Numbered from the stretch's first letter, positions 1 to 11,024 are shown. The stretch: 64,000 bases of DNA from Acidobacteriota bacterium (GCA_019244185.1 JAFATB010000014.1:352001-416000), one strand, 5' to 3'. Program-made: numbers and translations. Notes: generated by a model from the sequence alone, not told the origin.

Positions 1-638
<638 letters not shown>

Positions 639-642
<4 letters not shown>

Positions 643-1694
643 ACCGCGCGCTCGCGGCCGCCGTCGTGCTGCTCGCGGCGCTGCCGCTGCACGCGCACGA
701 TGACGACGCGCCGCGCGCGGATCCGAAGATCGTTGCGTACGCGCTGAGCTCACCCGAGCGCGCGTGGAACTTCATCACGGCGCCGGAGTCGGCATACGCG
801 GAGCGGCTCGCGGTCGCGCGCGAGGCGGCGACGAAGTTTCCTCTGGCGGCGTTAGTGCCGCGTTACTTCGAAACCAGCGGCGTGACGGCGGAGCGGTATC
901 CGGAAGAGCGGCCGAATGGCGTGCACAGCTACGAGGTCCGCGCGGACGTCACTCCGGTGATCGACCTCGCTCCGCATGTGGTGTCTTCGCGGTCGACCGG
1001 TCGTCCGCTGACGTTCGCCGAACGCGCGCGCCAGCCGTGGCAGCAACAGGTCTCCGACGCCGCAGCCGCGTACTGGCAGACGCTGCAGCGCACGCGGACG
1101 GCGGACGACTGGTACGCGTACGCGCGCACGCTGCCGTGCCGCTCGCGCGTGGACGTGGCCCGTTTCCGCCAAGTCGTGCGAGCCGGGGCCATCCATGCGG
1201 ACGTTCCTCCCGACGACATCGCCGGCGCGTGGCGCAATCTCATCCGCCGCTCCGGCGCCGAGGTGGAGTGGTCGGCCGATGACGTCTTCCGCAATCCGCG
1301 CGGTCGCGAAGCGATGGCGGCGCTGCTGCTGCTCGAGCTGGTGAAACGCGATCACGTCTACGAGGCCGCGTTCTACACCGGCTACATGACCGGCATCCCC
1401 GCCGCGGAGCCGCTGCGCGATGCGGTCGCGTACGAGGCCGGCCGGCGCATTCTCGCGAACAGCGAGATCCGTTCGTACGAGCGCGCCACGGGCGGCTTTC
1501 TGCTCGCGAAGATGTACGGCGACATGCTCGCGCCGTACGACGACACGCTGTTCGAAGCGAAGCACGCAGCGCTGATCGCCGCTTTCACGCGTTGGTTCGC
1601 CGCGCACGAGGAGACGCTCGCCGCACGCGCGCGCCTTGCAGCGCCGGCTATCGCCGCCGCGGAGGCGCGCTACACCTCGGAGCTCTGCAAATGA
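639..1694 (+). CDS. Secreted hypothetical protein, tandem paralog A
   Basis: GTG at 639 overlaps the moxR TGA (GTGA). Signal peptide MNRALAAAVVLLAALPLHA. Clearly homologous to the next gene. Confidence 0.85.
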
Positions 1695-2749
1695 GACGCG
1701 CGCTCGCGGCCGTCTTCGTGATCCTCGCGGCGCTGCCGCTGCACGCGCAGGATGACGATGCGTCGCGCGCGGATCCGAAGATCGTCGCGTACGCGCTGAG
1801 CTCCACGGAGCGGGCGTGGAACTTCATCACGGCGCCGGAGTCCGGCTACGCGGAACGGCTCGCCGTCGCGCGCAAGGCCGCGCTCGCGCTGCCGCTGTCG
1901 TACCTTCCGCGATACTTCGCGGCGCGCGACGCGACCAACGGCCGCTGGTACGTGCAGATGCCGCCGGAAAGCGCCTTTGCCACGGTCTACATTCCTCAGC
2001 CGCACGGCACGATCGAGGTCCTCGGACATCTGTTCCAGGTGCCGGAGAAGCTGATTCCGTTTCCGAGGACATTCGAAGAGCGCGCGCGTACGCCGTGGCC
2101 GTGGCAGGTCTCCCGCGCGCTGGCGGAGTACTGGCAGGAGCTCGTCCGCCATCGGCCCGCGGACGAACTGTTCGCGTACGCGCGCACGATGCCGTGTCGG
2201 TCGGACGAGGAGCAGCGGCGGTTCCTCGACATCACGTATCTCTCGCTCGTTTTTCCGGCGGTCGCGCCGGACGACATCGAAGGTGCGTGGCGCAACATCG
2301 TGCGCCGTCAGGAGGGCGGTGCCGCGATCCTCGTCAACGGCGCGATTCCGGCACAGGGACGGGAGATGCTCGTCGCGCTCGTTGCGCTGGAGCTCGCGCG
2401 GCAGGACAAGGTCAGCACCGCCGCGTTCCATCTGAAAACGCTCGTTTCGGATGTGGATGATGCGGACGTACGCGACTTTCTCGCCTACGAGATCGGCCGC
2501 CGCATCGTTGCCAATCGCGCCATCTCTCTCGACGAGAGAGCCGACGCCGGCTTCATGGTCGCTTGGACGTACGACGACAAGCTCATTCCGCTCGAGAAGC
2601 GCTACAGCAAAGAACTGTACCCGGCGCTGATCGCCGCGTTCACGCAATGGTTCGCCGCGCACGAGGAGACGCTCGCCGCACGTGCGCGACTCGCGGCGCC
2701 GGCCATCGCCGCCGCGGAGGCGCGCTACACGTCGGAGCTCTGCAAGTGA
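1569..2749 (+). repeat. Near-identical direct repeats at paralog 3' ends (1569-1694 and 2624-2749); 5' ends also repeated (about 639-830 and 1691-1882)
   Basis: gcgctgatcgccgc...ttcgccgcgcacgaggagacgctcgccgca...cggagctctgcaa-tga occurs twice with mostly synonymous differences. Confidence 0.9.
1691..2749 (+). CDS. Secreted hypothetical protein, tandem paralog B
   Basis: ATGA overlap with paralog A. Signal peptide MRRALAAVFVILAALPLHA. Last 33 aa identical to paralog A. Confidence 0.85.
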   Translation: MRRALAAVFVILAALPLHAQDDDASRADPKIVAYALSSTERAWNFITAPESGYAERLAVARKAALALPLSYLPRYFAARDATNGRWYVQMPPESAFATVYIPQPHGTIEVLGHLFQVPEKLIPFPRTFEERARTPWPWQVSRALAEYWQELVRHRPADELFAYARTMPCRSDEEQRRFLDITYLSLVFPAVAPDDIEGAWRNIVRRQEGGAAILVNGAIPAQGREMLVALVALELARQDKVSTAAFHLKTLVSDVDDADVRDFLAYEIGRRIVANRAISLDERADAGFMVAWTYDDKLIPLEKRYSKELYPALIAAFTQWFAAHEETLAARARLAAPAIAAAEARYTSELCK

Positions 2750-3735
2750 GCTTCGAGTTCAACGGCGTCGTGCGCCTCACGCGCATCGGCACGACCTACA
2801 TCCTCTCCACGATCGTCCTCGCCGTGGCCGCGCTGAACACGGGCAACAACGCGCTCTACATCGCCGTGTCGTTCATGCTCGGCTGCCTGCTGCTCTCCGG
2901 CATGGCCTCGCGCGGCGGACTGAAAAGCATCACCGTCGAAGTCGGCGGCATCGGCGAGGCGTGGGCGGAACATCCCGCCGACGGCACGCTGCGCGTCCGC
3001 AACCGCTCGCGCATCTGGAACGTGCGCGACGTCGTGCTCGTCTCCGACAGCCTCGCCGCGCCGGTGCTGATCCCGCTCCTGCCGCGCCGCGCCGAACGGC
3101 TCGTGCCCGCGTCGTTCCTCTTCCATCGCCGCGGCCTCGCGCGCGTCACCGCCGTCGACTCGTACACGCGCTATCCGTTCGGCTTCTTTCTCAAGAAGCG
3201 CCGCCTGCGCGTCGCCAGCGAAGTGGTCGTCTTTCCGAAGATCCTCGCGAACGCGGCACTCGAAGAACGCTACCGCGCCGTCGCGGGCGAGGACGCGGGC
3301 TCGCAGCGTCCCGGCGCCGGCTCGGAGATCCACGCGTTCCGCGAGTACACGCGCGGCGACTCGCTGCGTCACGTGCACTGGAAAAAGTCCGCGAGCCTCG
3401 GCCGCTGGATCATGAAGCAGACCGAGCTCGAGTCCGCGCGCTCGGTGCACGTGGTCGTCGATCCGTACAAGCCGCGCGAGGTCAGCGACGCGGCGTTCGA
3501 GGAGATGATCAGCGCCGCGGCGACATTCCTCCTCGATGCCTCGCGCCGCGGCGCCGACGTCACGCTCTCGCTGCCGCGCGTCGACCTCCGCGCGCGCTCC
3601 GGCGAGTCCGCCGCGCCGCTCTTCCGCGCGCTCGCGCTCCTCGAGCCGCGCTTCGAGCCGCTGCACGCGACCATCGATCGCGACACCGTCTTCTTCTCGG
3701 CCGCCGGAGGGACTCGTGTCCAGCAAAGCGCGTGA
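2746..3735 (+). CDS. DUF58 domain-containing protein
   Basis: GTGA overlap. AALNTGNN, TRYPFGFF and REYTRGDSLRHVHWKKSA (DUF58 signature). Lies between moxR and a transglutaminase. Confidence 0.92.
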   Translation: MSFEFNGVVRLTRIGTTYILSTIVLAVAALNTGNNALYIAVSFMLGCLLLSGMASRGGLKSITVEVGGIGEAWAEHPADGTLRVRNRSRIWNVRDVVLVSDSLAAPVLIPLLPRRAERLVPASFLFHRRGLARVTAVDSYTRYPFGFFLKKRRLRVASEVVVFPKILANAALEERYRAVAGEDAGSQRPGAGSEIHAFREYTRGDSLRHVHWKKSASLGRWIMKQTELESARSVHVVVDPYKPREVSDAAFEEMISAAATFLLDASRRGADVTLSLPRVDLRARSGESAAPLFRALALLEPRFEPLHATIDRDTVFFSAAGGTRVQQSA

Positions 3736-5692
3736 GCTCGAGGCGCTGGCGCTGCCGACGTTCGCCGCGGTGCCGCTGTATCTCACGGCCGCGATCGGCG
3801 TGCTGCCGCTGATTTTCTTCCACGTGGTGATGCTCGGCATCGCCGTGCGCGTCGCCTCCGGACGCGGACCCGATCTCTTCCCCGCGCGCCTCATGCGCTG
3901 GATCGCCGTCGCCTACGTGCCGTTCTACGTCGTCGACGCGGCCGTGCTCTCGCGCAGCGCGATCGCGGCGTCGACGCACCTCGTGCTCTTCATCGCCGCG
4001 TATCAGCCGAGCGAGTCGGTGCTCCGCCAGAACCACGCGCAGCGGATGCTCACCGCCGCGCTCATCGCCGTGGCAAGCCTCGCGACGTCGACGCACATCA
4101 CGGTGGTGCTGTTCGTGATCGGCTTCGCGTTCCTGATGTTCCGCCAGCTCGTCTTCGCGAGCCACGCGGAAACGATGCGCTCCCTCGGCCGCACCTACGA
4201 GGACGCGCCGTCCGGCCGCGCGGCGCTCTTCTATCTCACCGGCGCGACGCTCATCGGCGCACTGCTCTTTCCGCTCCTGCCGCGCGTGCGCAATCCGTTC
4301 ATGCAAGGCATCACCGGCTCGCTGCCCGGCGCGACGACCGCGCTCAGCGAGACGATCGATTTCCGCGAGCCGCGCGTGACGCCGGGCGATGCCACCGTCG
4401 TCGCGCGCATCTGGATGAACGAGCGCACCGCCGCGCTGTTCACGCCCGTGCGCCTGCGCGGGACGCTGTACGACCACTGGGACGGCGGCGAATGGATCCA
4501 GTCGTTCCGCGGCCTGCGCGAGGTCGTGCCGCACGGCGGCGTCTATCAGGTCGAGAAACCCGGCGGCGAAGTCCGCGACGCGGTGATCCAGCTGCGCCCG
4601 CAGCAGGGCCGCCTTTATCTCCCGTCCGGCACGTTTGCGATGACGGGCATCAACAGCCTCTACGAAGGTCCCACGCGCGGCGCGTACTACACGTACCAGA
4701 ACGGCACGCTGAATTTCGATCTGCGCCTCGCCACGGAAACCGCGCCGCTGCGCCCGCAACGCATCCGCCCCACCGGTTATCCCATTCGCCCGGAGATCGC
4801 CGCGCTCGCTCACGGGATCATTGGCAACGAGCAGCGCCCCGAACGCCGCGCGCGCCTCATCGAGCAGTGGATGCTCCGCAACTTCCGCTACGTGCCGAAC
4901 CCCGCGACGCCCGACCACCCGATGACGGTCGACGATTTTCTGCTGCACGTCCGCGCCGGCCACTGCGAGTACTTCGCCGCGGGTATGGTCGTGCTGCTGA
5001 CCGCCGTCGACGTGCCCGCGCGCATCGCCGGCGGTTTCTACGGCGGCCGCTACAACCCGCTCGCGCGCTACTACACGCTGCGCCGCGAGGACGCGCACGC
5101 ATGGACGGAAGTGTGGGACGGCGCGCGCTGGCAGACGTTCGACTCGACCCCGCCCTCCCTCCGCCCCGGCAGCGACGCGCCGTCCGCTCTCCGCGCGTAT
5201 TTCGCCGCGCTCGCCGATTCGGTCACCTACGTCTGGGACCGCTACGTCCTCACCTTCGGTCTCTCGGATCAGATCGCACTCTTCTCCGACCTCTTCACGT
5301 GGATCCGCGACGCCGCCGCGGTCGTCCGCCTGCACGCGATGACGGCGACCGAATCGGCCTCGTCTCTCGCCTTACCTCTCACCGCACTCGCATTGCTCGC
5401 TCTCGCAACGACGCTCCTGCTCCGCCGCCGGCGCGGCGTCTTCGATCTCCTTGCCCGCGCCCTCGCCGAACGCGGCGTCGCCATCACGCCGTCGATGACG
5501 GTCGAAGACGCACTGCGCGAACTGCGCACCCGCGACAAAGCATCCGCCGACGCGCTTACTCCGCTCGCCGCCCTCTACGAACAAGCCAAGTTCTCGCGCG
5601 ATCCTGCGCGCGTACGCCGCCGCGACTTCCGACGGAGGCTGGAAGCCGACGAGGAGCGCCTCCGGCGGGCCGGCGCGGCCGGCAGCGCTTAG
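3716..5692 (+). CDS. Membrane transglutaminase-like protein (TgpA/DUF3488 family)
   Basis: N-terminal TM helices, LFPLLPR, catalytic GHCEYFA, PARIAGGFYGG and DAHAWTEVW...FDSTP. Confidence 0.92.
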   Translation: MSSKARELEALALPTFAAVPLYLTAAIGVLPLIFFHVVMLGIAVRVASGRGPDLFPARLMRWIAVAYVPFYVVDAAVLSRSAIAASTHLVLFIAAYQPSESVLRQNHAQRMLTAALIAVASLATSTHITVVLFVIGFAFLMFRQLVFASHAETMRSLGRTYEDAPSGRAALFYLTGATLIGALLFPLLPRVRNPFMQGITGSLPGATTALSETIDFREPRVTPGDATVVARIWMNERTAALFTPVRLRGTLYDHWDGGEWIQSFRGLREVVPHGGVYQVEKPGGEVRDAVIQLRPQQGRLYLPSGTFAMTGINSLYEGPTRGAYYTYQNGTLNFDLRLATETAPLRPQRIRPTGYPIRPEIAALAHGIIGNEQRPERRARLIEQWMLRNFRYVPNPATPDHPMTVDDFLLHVRAGHCEYFAAGMVVLLTAVDVPARIAGGFYGGRYNPLARYYTLRREDAHAWTEVWDGARWQTFDSTPPSLRPGSDAPSALRAYFAALADSVTYVWDRYVLTFGLSDQIALFSDLFTWIRDAAAVVRLHAMTATESASSLALPLTALALLALATTLLLRRRRGVFDLLARALAERGVAITPSMTVEDALRELRTRDKASADALTPLAALYEQAKFSRDPARVRRRDFRRRLEADEERLRRAGAAGSA

Positions 5693-5805
5693 GGCTTAGC
5701 CAGTACTCACGTGCGGCTGCGATCAACGTCGTTCACGGCAGCCGCACGTGCGGATCGGCTAAGCCCTAAGCGCTGCCGGCCGCGCCGGCCCGCCGGAGGC
5801 GCTCC
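5653..5805. repeat. 153-bp nested palindromic (REP/MITE-like) element, copy 1
   Basis: Perfect 49-bp inverted repeat 5653-5701/5757-5805, plus inner perfect 13-bp IR 5708-5720/5738-5750. Confidence 0.9.
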
Positions 5806-5817
5806 CGGTCGGTCTCC

Positions 5818-6555
5818 CTACGTCCCGCGTGGCAGTCGGCGCGGGTTGCGCATCAACGTGGCCATTTCGCGGACGGCGGCTTCGAGGCCGACGAGGGACG
5901 CGCGGGCGATGATCGAGTGGCCGATGTTCAGCTCCTCGATCTCGGCGATTGTGGCGATGCCGTCGATGTTGCGGTAGTTCAGGCCGTGGCCCGCGTAGAC
6001 GGTGAGGCCGAGTTTTTTGGCGGCGCGCGCGGCGGTCGCGATTTTCTCGAGCTCGGGCGCCCACGCGCCGCTTTTCCACGCGTCCGCGTACTTGCCGGTA
6101 TTGATCTCGATTTTAGGAGCGCGGAGCTTGTGGCAGTGGCGGATCTGGTCGATCGACGGATCGACGAAGACGGAGACATCGATGCGCGCGTCGAGCAGCT
6201 GGTTGATCGCCTTCTCGATGTTGCCGGAGTGCAGCATCACATCGAGCCCGCCCTCGGTCGTGATCTCGTCCTTGCGTTCGGGGACGAGGGTCACCTGATG
6301 CGGTTTGATCGTTTGGGCGATGCGCATCATCTCCGTGGTCGCGGCCATCTCGACGTTGAGGTGCGTCGCGACCGTCTTGCGCAGCAGTTCCACGTCGCGG
6401 TCCTGGATGTGGCGGCGGTCGCCGCGCAGATGGACCGTGATGCCTTGTGCCCCGGCGAGCTCGCAGAGGACGGCGGCGGCGACGGGATCGGGCTCGTCGG
6501 TCTTGCGGGCTTCGCGGATCGTGGCGATGTGATCGATATTGACGGCCAGGCGCAT
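5818..6555 (-). CDS. pdxJ: Pyridoxine 5'-phosphate synthase
   Basis: LAVNIDHIATIREAR, ITVHLRGDRRHIQDRD, AGHGLNY and ELNIGHSII. Confidence 0.97.
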   Translation of the reverse strand: MRLAVNIDHIATIREARKTDEPDPVAAAVLCELAGAQGITVHLRGDRRHIQDRDVELLRKTVATHLNVEMAATTEMMRIAQTIKPHQVTLVPERKDEITTEGGLDVMLHSGNIEKAINQLLDARIDVSVFVDPSIDQIRHCHKLRAPKIEINTGKYADAWKSGAWAPELEKIATAARAAKKLGLTVYAGHGLNYRNIDGIATIAEIEELNIGHSIIARASLVGLEAAVREMATLMRNPRRLPRGT

Positions 6556-6597
6556 GACGGCAGGGTAGCGCGTGCTGCATGCGTCATAGACGCGCTG

Positions 6598-8085
6598 TCA
6601 TAGTGGCGGCGCGGGCGGTTGCACGTCGAGATCGGCGCGCGTGAAGCCGAGGGAATCGCCGGCTTGGAGGATCACCTTGCAGACGTACTTGCCGGGTGGG
6701 AGCGTCAGCGGCTCCTCGACCACCACGTTCGCGCGCGCGGCGGAGGTGACGTGCAGGCGTTTCGCGTCGTAGCGCACGGCGGCGCCGTGCTCGTCGAAGA
6801 TGTACAGCATCAGCGTTGCGTCGACCTCACGCGTGCCGAACTGCGCGACGAGATCCAGCACGGGGACTTCGACGCGGAGCCGGCCCGCGGACGACGATAG
6901 GGTCGCGGCGAGACCGGTCTGCGGAATGTCGTTCTGCAGAATGTCGGCGATGCGGAGCGCGTCGTTGCCGGAGGACGCGTTGATGTGCGTCGAGAAGCCG
7001 CGGCGGAAGGAGACGTTCGCGCCGCGCGGCAGATTGCGGATGCGCACCTCGATCGTGTTGTCGCCCTTCTTCGCGTTGGCCGGAACGGTGAAGCCGAGGC
7101 GATAGCCGGCGGCGGAAGAAGTCACGACGCGGTTGAGGGCGGTCTTGAAATTGTTCTCGTGCTGGACGAAGAGACCGCCGGTCTGTTGCGCGTAATAGGC
7201 GAGGCCCTCGTTCGCGCCGAGCATACGGTCGCCGCCGACGTCGATCGTATCGATCACCGCGCCCGCGGCGTGGAACGCCTTCACCATCTTCTGCAGCGAT
7301 TCCACGAGGCGCGCGTCGGGCGTGTACGCGTTCGAGTAAACGAGATCCGTATTGAAGCCGGTCGAGAAGACGAGGACGTGTTTGTAGCCTTCGAGCGCGC
7401 CGAGGCGTGAGGCGATGGCGCCGAAGCTGTCGAGCTGATTCTCGATGAGGCGCTTCTCCGGCATGCTCGCGTTGGTCACGCCGATGCTGAGCGCCTCCTG
7501 CGTGAGGACCATCGGCTGGTCGATGAACTCGTCGTCGTCAGGGCGCGTGTCGACGGTCACGACCGGCGCGACGAGCGCCGCGCGTTCCGACGGCGACACC
7601 GCCAGCGACAGCGGATCGTGCGCCTCCGATGCGCTGAGCGTGAGCGCCGCGTGCGTCGCGACGGCGTGGTCGTTCGTGAACGGCACGATGAACTGCGCGC
7701 CGCGCTGCGGCGTGAACGTCGCGACGGCGAAGTAGTCGCTCGGCGGCGCGTGCTCGATCATCGCCATGGCGGCGCGTCGCGCGCGGTCGAGCGCGAGCGG
7801 CTTCGTGAACGCGAGATCGAACATGAGCAGGAACAGGCGCCGCTCGCGGCGGTCCGCCGACGGCGCGCCCGCGTCCGCGAAGTCGATCGTGTCGAAGTAA
7901 TCGATCGGCTGCTTCCTGCCGTTGACCAGGAGCGTGAAGTCCTCGCGCGTGAGATTGCGCACGGGCTGATTGTTCAGCGTGACGTAGACCGGCACGTCGA
8001 CGACGTTCACCGTGACGCTCTCGCGCGTCTGCGCGGCCGCGACGCCGGCCCAGGCGGCGAGGAACAGCAGCATGCGGAAGTTCAT
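6598..8085 (-). CDS. Secreted VWA domain protein, Acidobacterial type
   Basis: Signal peptide, ESVTVNVVDVPVYVT...PVRNLTREDF, GYKHVLVFSTGF, LAYYAQQTGG and YRLGF. Confidence 0.8.
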   Translation of the reverse strand: MNFRMLLFLAAWAGVAAAQTRESVTVNVVDVPVYVTLNNQPVRNLTREDFTLLVNGRKQPIDYFDTIDFADAGAPSADRRERRLFLLMFDLAFTKPLALDRARRAAMAMIEHAPPSDYFAVATFTPQRGAQFIVPFTNDHAVATHAALTLSASEAHDPLSLAVSPSERAALVAPVVTVDTRPDDDEFIDQPMVLTQEALSIGVTNASMPEKRLIENQLDSFGAIASRLGALEGYKHVLVFSTGFNTDLVYSNAYTPDARLVESLQKMVKAFHAAGAVIDTIDVGGDRMLGANEGLAYYAQQTGGLFVQHENNFKTALNRVVTSSAAGYRLGFTVPANAKKGDNTIEVRIRNLPRGANVSFRRGFSTHINASSGNDALRIADILQNDIPQTGLAATLSSSAGRLRVEVPVLDLVAQFGTREVDATLMLYIFDEHGAAVRYDAKRLHVTSAARANVVVEEPLTLPPGKYVCKVILQAGDSLGFTRADLDVQPPAPPL

Positions 8086-8121
8086 CGCCGCAGAATAACG
8101 GCCGGTCCACTGGTTTGGCGA

Positions 8122-8934
8122 ATGCGCATGCGACAGCGGATCGCTCTCGTCCTCGCGCTGCTCTTCCTCGTGGCGGGCGGCGCGCTGTTCGTGTTCGGCC
8201 GCGGCCTGTGGCTGCCGCTGCTCATGCGCATCACCGGCGAGCGCACGGTCGCCGACGTGCTGGCGAAGATCGGGCCGGCGGCGCGCGCGCAGCTGCGGCC
8301 GTCATTCGCGCACGCGGGCGTCGCGTATCCGCCGCGCGAGCTCGCGCTGCTCGTCTTCAAGCGCGAGCGCCGCGTCGCCGTATGGGCACGCGATGCCGGT
8401 GCGTGGCGTTTCATCCGCGCGTATCCCGTCTTCGCCGCCAGCGGACATGCGGGCCCGAAGCTGCGCGAAGGGGACTACCAGGTGCCCGAAGGGCTGTACC
8501 GCTTCGCGTGGCTCAATCCGAACAGCAGCTAGCACCTCTCGATGAAGGTGAGCTACCCGAACGCCTTCGATCTGGCGATGGCCAAACGCGACGGCCGCAC
8601 GCGCCTCGGCGGCGACATCTTCATGCACGGCAATGCGCTGTCGATCGGCTGCATCGCGGTGGGGGACGCCGCGATCGAACAGCTCTTCACGCTGGTGGCG
8701 GATACCGGTCTCGCGCGGACGCGCCTCGTGATCGCGCCGAACGATCTCCGCGTGGGCGGTGCGATCATCGACGACGGCGCGCCGCCGTGGGTGGGGCAGC
8801 TGTATCGCACCATCGCCGCCGCCCTCGCGGAGTTCCCCGTCGCGCTGGAATCGAACAGCGCCGTGCGCGTCGACGGGTCGGCCCGGCCGACAAACGCTAA
8901 AGACCTAGTCCTTTCCCACGTGCGGCTGCCTTGA
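8122..8934 (+). pseudogene. L,D-transpeptidase (YkuD-like) family protein interrupted by an in-frame TAG at 8530-8532
   Basis: VFKRERR, GPKLREGDYQVPEGLY, NPNSS*HLSMKVSYPN and GGDIFMHG...SIGCIAV all lie in one frame across the stop. Confidence 0.8.
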
Positions 8935-9025
8935 ATGTCATTGAGGGCCAACCGCACGTGCGGATAGGCTGTGCCCTTAGCGCAGCCGGCCGTGCCGGCC
9001 CGGCAGGAATGGCTGGAGGCGCTCC
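8871..9025. repeat. Degenerate copy 2 of the palindromic element
   Basis: Shares cacgtgcggctgc...ccgcacgtgcggat-ggct...ccct-agcgc-gccggccg-gccggccc...ggaggcgctcc with 5708-5805; left arm decayed. Confidence 0.8.
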
Positions 9026-9044
9026 TCCACTTCTAGGCTCCGGC

Positions 9045-11024
9045 ATGCTCTATCGCTTCGACAACGTCGAGAAAAGTTACGGGCCGCACGACGTCCTCAA
9101 AGGCGTCACGTGGCAGCACAACCCGGGGCAGCACGTCGGCCTCGTCGGCCGCAACGGCGCGGGGAAGACCACGCTCTTCCGCCTGCTGCTCAAGCAGGAA
9201 GAACCCGATCGCGGGCAGATCCTCCGCTCGTCGGGACTGACGGTCGGCCACGTCGGCCAGCACCTCGACGCCGAGCCGGGCCTGTCGCTCTTCGACTTCG
9301 TCGAGACGGCGTTCGCGGAGGTGCAGCGCATCGAGCGGAAGATGCGCGCGATCGAGCACGACCTCGCCGACACCACGCGCGCGGATCACGAGCGGCTGCT
9401 CGAAAAGTACGCGGAGCTGCAGCACGACTACGAGCATGCAGACGGCTACACGCTGCACGCGGAGGTCGAGCGCGTGCTGACCGGCGTCGGGTTTTCGGAC
9501 AAGTCGGAGTGGGAGCGCCCGATTCACGAGTTCAGCGGCGGCCAGCAGAACCGGGCCATGCTCGCGCGCGTGCTGCTGACGCGCGTCGATTTGCTGCTCC
9601 TCGACGAGCCGACGAACCACCTCGACCTGAAGGGCATCGAGTTCCTCGAAGAGTTCCTGCAGGACTTCAAGGGCAGCTACCTGCTCATCTCGCACGACCG
9701 CACGTTTCTCAATCGGACCGTGTCGACGATCGTCGAGCTCGCGCACGGAAAGCTCGTCGAGTACCACGGCAACTACGAGCGCTTCCTCCAGCTCCGCGCC
9801 GAGCGGATGGAGAAGATGGCGAAGGACTACGAGCGGCAGCAGGAGTACATCGCCGAGACGCAGGAGTTCATCCGCCGCAACCTCGCCGGCCAGAAGACCA
9901 AGCAGGCGAAGTCGCGGCGCAAGATGCTCGACAAGCTCGACGAGTTCGAGCGTCCCGAGACCGACGAGACGCTGGCGAAGTTCACGCTCGACGGCGGCGC
10001 GCGTTCCGGCGCGGTGGCGCTGACGATCGATCGCATCTCGGCGGGCTACGGCGCGAAGCGCGTCGTGACCGACTTCTCGTGGCAGATCCGCCGCGGCGAA
10101 CGCTACGCGATCATGGGGCCGAACGGCTCCGGCAAGTCGACGTTGCTCAAGACGCTCGCGTCGCGCATCGCGCCGCTGTCCGGCACGGTCGCGTACGGCC
10201 AGAACGTGCAAATCGGCTACTACGACCAGACCCTCGGCGATCTCAAGCCCAACGGCATCGTCATCGACGAGGTGTGGGACCTCGACCATACGCAAACCGA
10301 GGAGGAAGTGCGGTCGTATCTGGCGCGCTTCTCGTTTTTCGGCGAAGACGTGTTCAAGAAAACGCGCGATCTCTCCGGCGGCGAGAAGGGCCGGCTCGCG
10401 CTCGCGAAGATCATGTATGCCGGCGGCAACGTCATGCTCCTCGACGAGCCGACCAACCACCTCGACGTCTACACGCGCGAGGCGCTCGAAGAGGCACTGG
10501 AGAACTTCACCGGCGCGCTGATCGTCGTCTCGCACGACCGCTACTTCGTCGACCGCGTCGCCGAGAACATCATCGTCGTCGAAGAAGGACTGGCCGAGGT
10601 TTACAGCGGTAACTACAGCGAGCTCGTGGCGCGGACGAAGGAAGGGACGGCGAAGCCGCTGACCGCGCCGGTGATCATGACCATCGCTGCGCCGGTGGCG
10701 CCGCCGCCGAAACGCGAGGAACCGGCGAAGCGCGACGAAGCGCCGAAGGTCATTCCCGATCGCACCGAGCAGCGCAAGCGCGACAAGCGCATCAAGAAGA
10801 TCGACGAGGAAGTCGCGCAGCTCGAGACGCGCATCGCCGCGGCGGAAGCGGAGCGCGAGCGCAACGATCTGCTGCTCTGTTCGCAGGAAGTCTTCCGCGA
10901 CGGAGAGCGCGTGAAGAAGATCCAGCAGCAGAATCACGATCTGAAGGCGATGATCGACCTGCTGTACGGCAAGTGGGAATCGCTCGCCAAAGAAAAAGAA
11001 GAGCTGGAAGGCGCGGTCGCATGA
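9045..11024 (+). CDS. ABC-F family ATP-binding protein (Uup/YheS-like)
   Basis: Two ABC domains (GRNGAGKT, FSGGQ, LLLDEPTNHLD; GPNGSGKS, LSGGE), no TM segments, C-terminal coiled coil. Confidence 0.95.
   Translation: MLYRFDNVEKSYGPHDVLKGVTWQHNPGQHVGLVGRNGAGKTTLFRLLLKQEEPDRGQILRSSGLTVGHVGQHLDAEPGLSLFDFVETAFAEVQRIERKMRAIEHDLADTTRADHERLLEKYAELQHDYEHADGYTLHAEVERVLTGVGFSDKSEWERPIHEFSGGQQNRAMLARVLLTRVDLLLLDEPTNHLDLKGIEFLEEFLQDFKGSYLLISHDRTFLNRTVSTIVELAHGKLVEYHGNYERFLQLRAERMEKMAKDYERQQEYIAETQEFIRRNLAGQKTKQAKSRRKMLDKLDEFERPETDETLAKFTLDGGARSGAVALTIDRISAGYGAKRVVTDFSWQIRRGERYAIMGPNGSGKSTLLKTLASRIAPLSGTVAYGQNVQIGYYDQTLGDLKPNGIVIDEVWDLDHTQTEEEVRSYLARFSFFGEDVFKKTRDLSGGEKGRLALAKIMYAGGNVMLLDEPTNHLDVYTREALEEALENFTGALIVVSHDRYFVDRVAENIIVVEEGLAEVYSGNYSELVARTKEGTAKPLTAPVIMTIAAPVAPPPKREEPAKRDEAPKVIPDRTEQRKRDKRIKKIDEEVAQLETRIAAAEAERERNDLLLCSQEVFRDGERVKKIQQQNHDLKAMIDLLYGKWESLAKEKEELEGAVA

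Noticed and set aside
8530-8532. Genome-wide TAG recoding (pyrrolysine or alternative code)
   Set aside because: pdxJ, trxB, korA, korB and others end normally at TAG, and no pyl genes are seen
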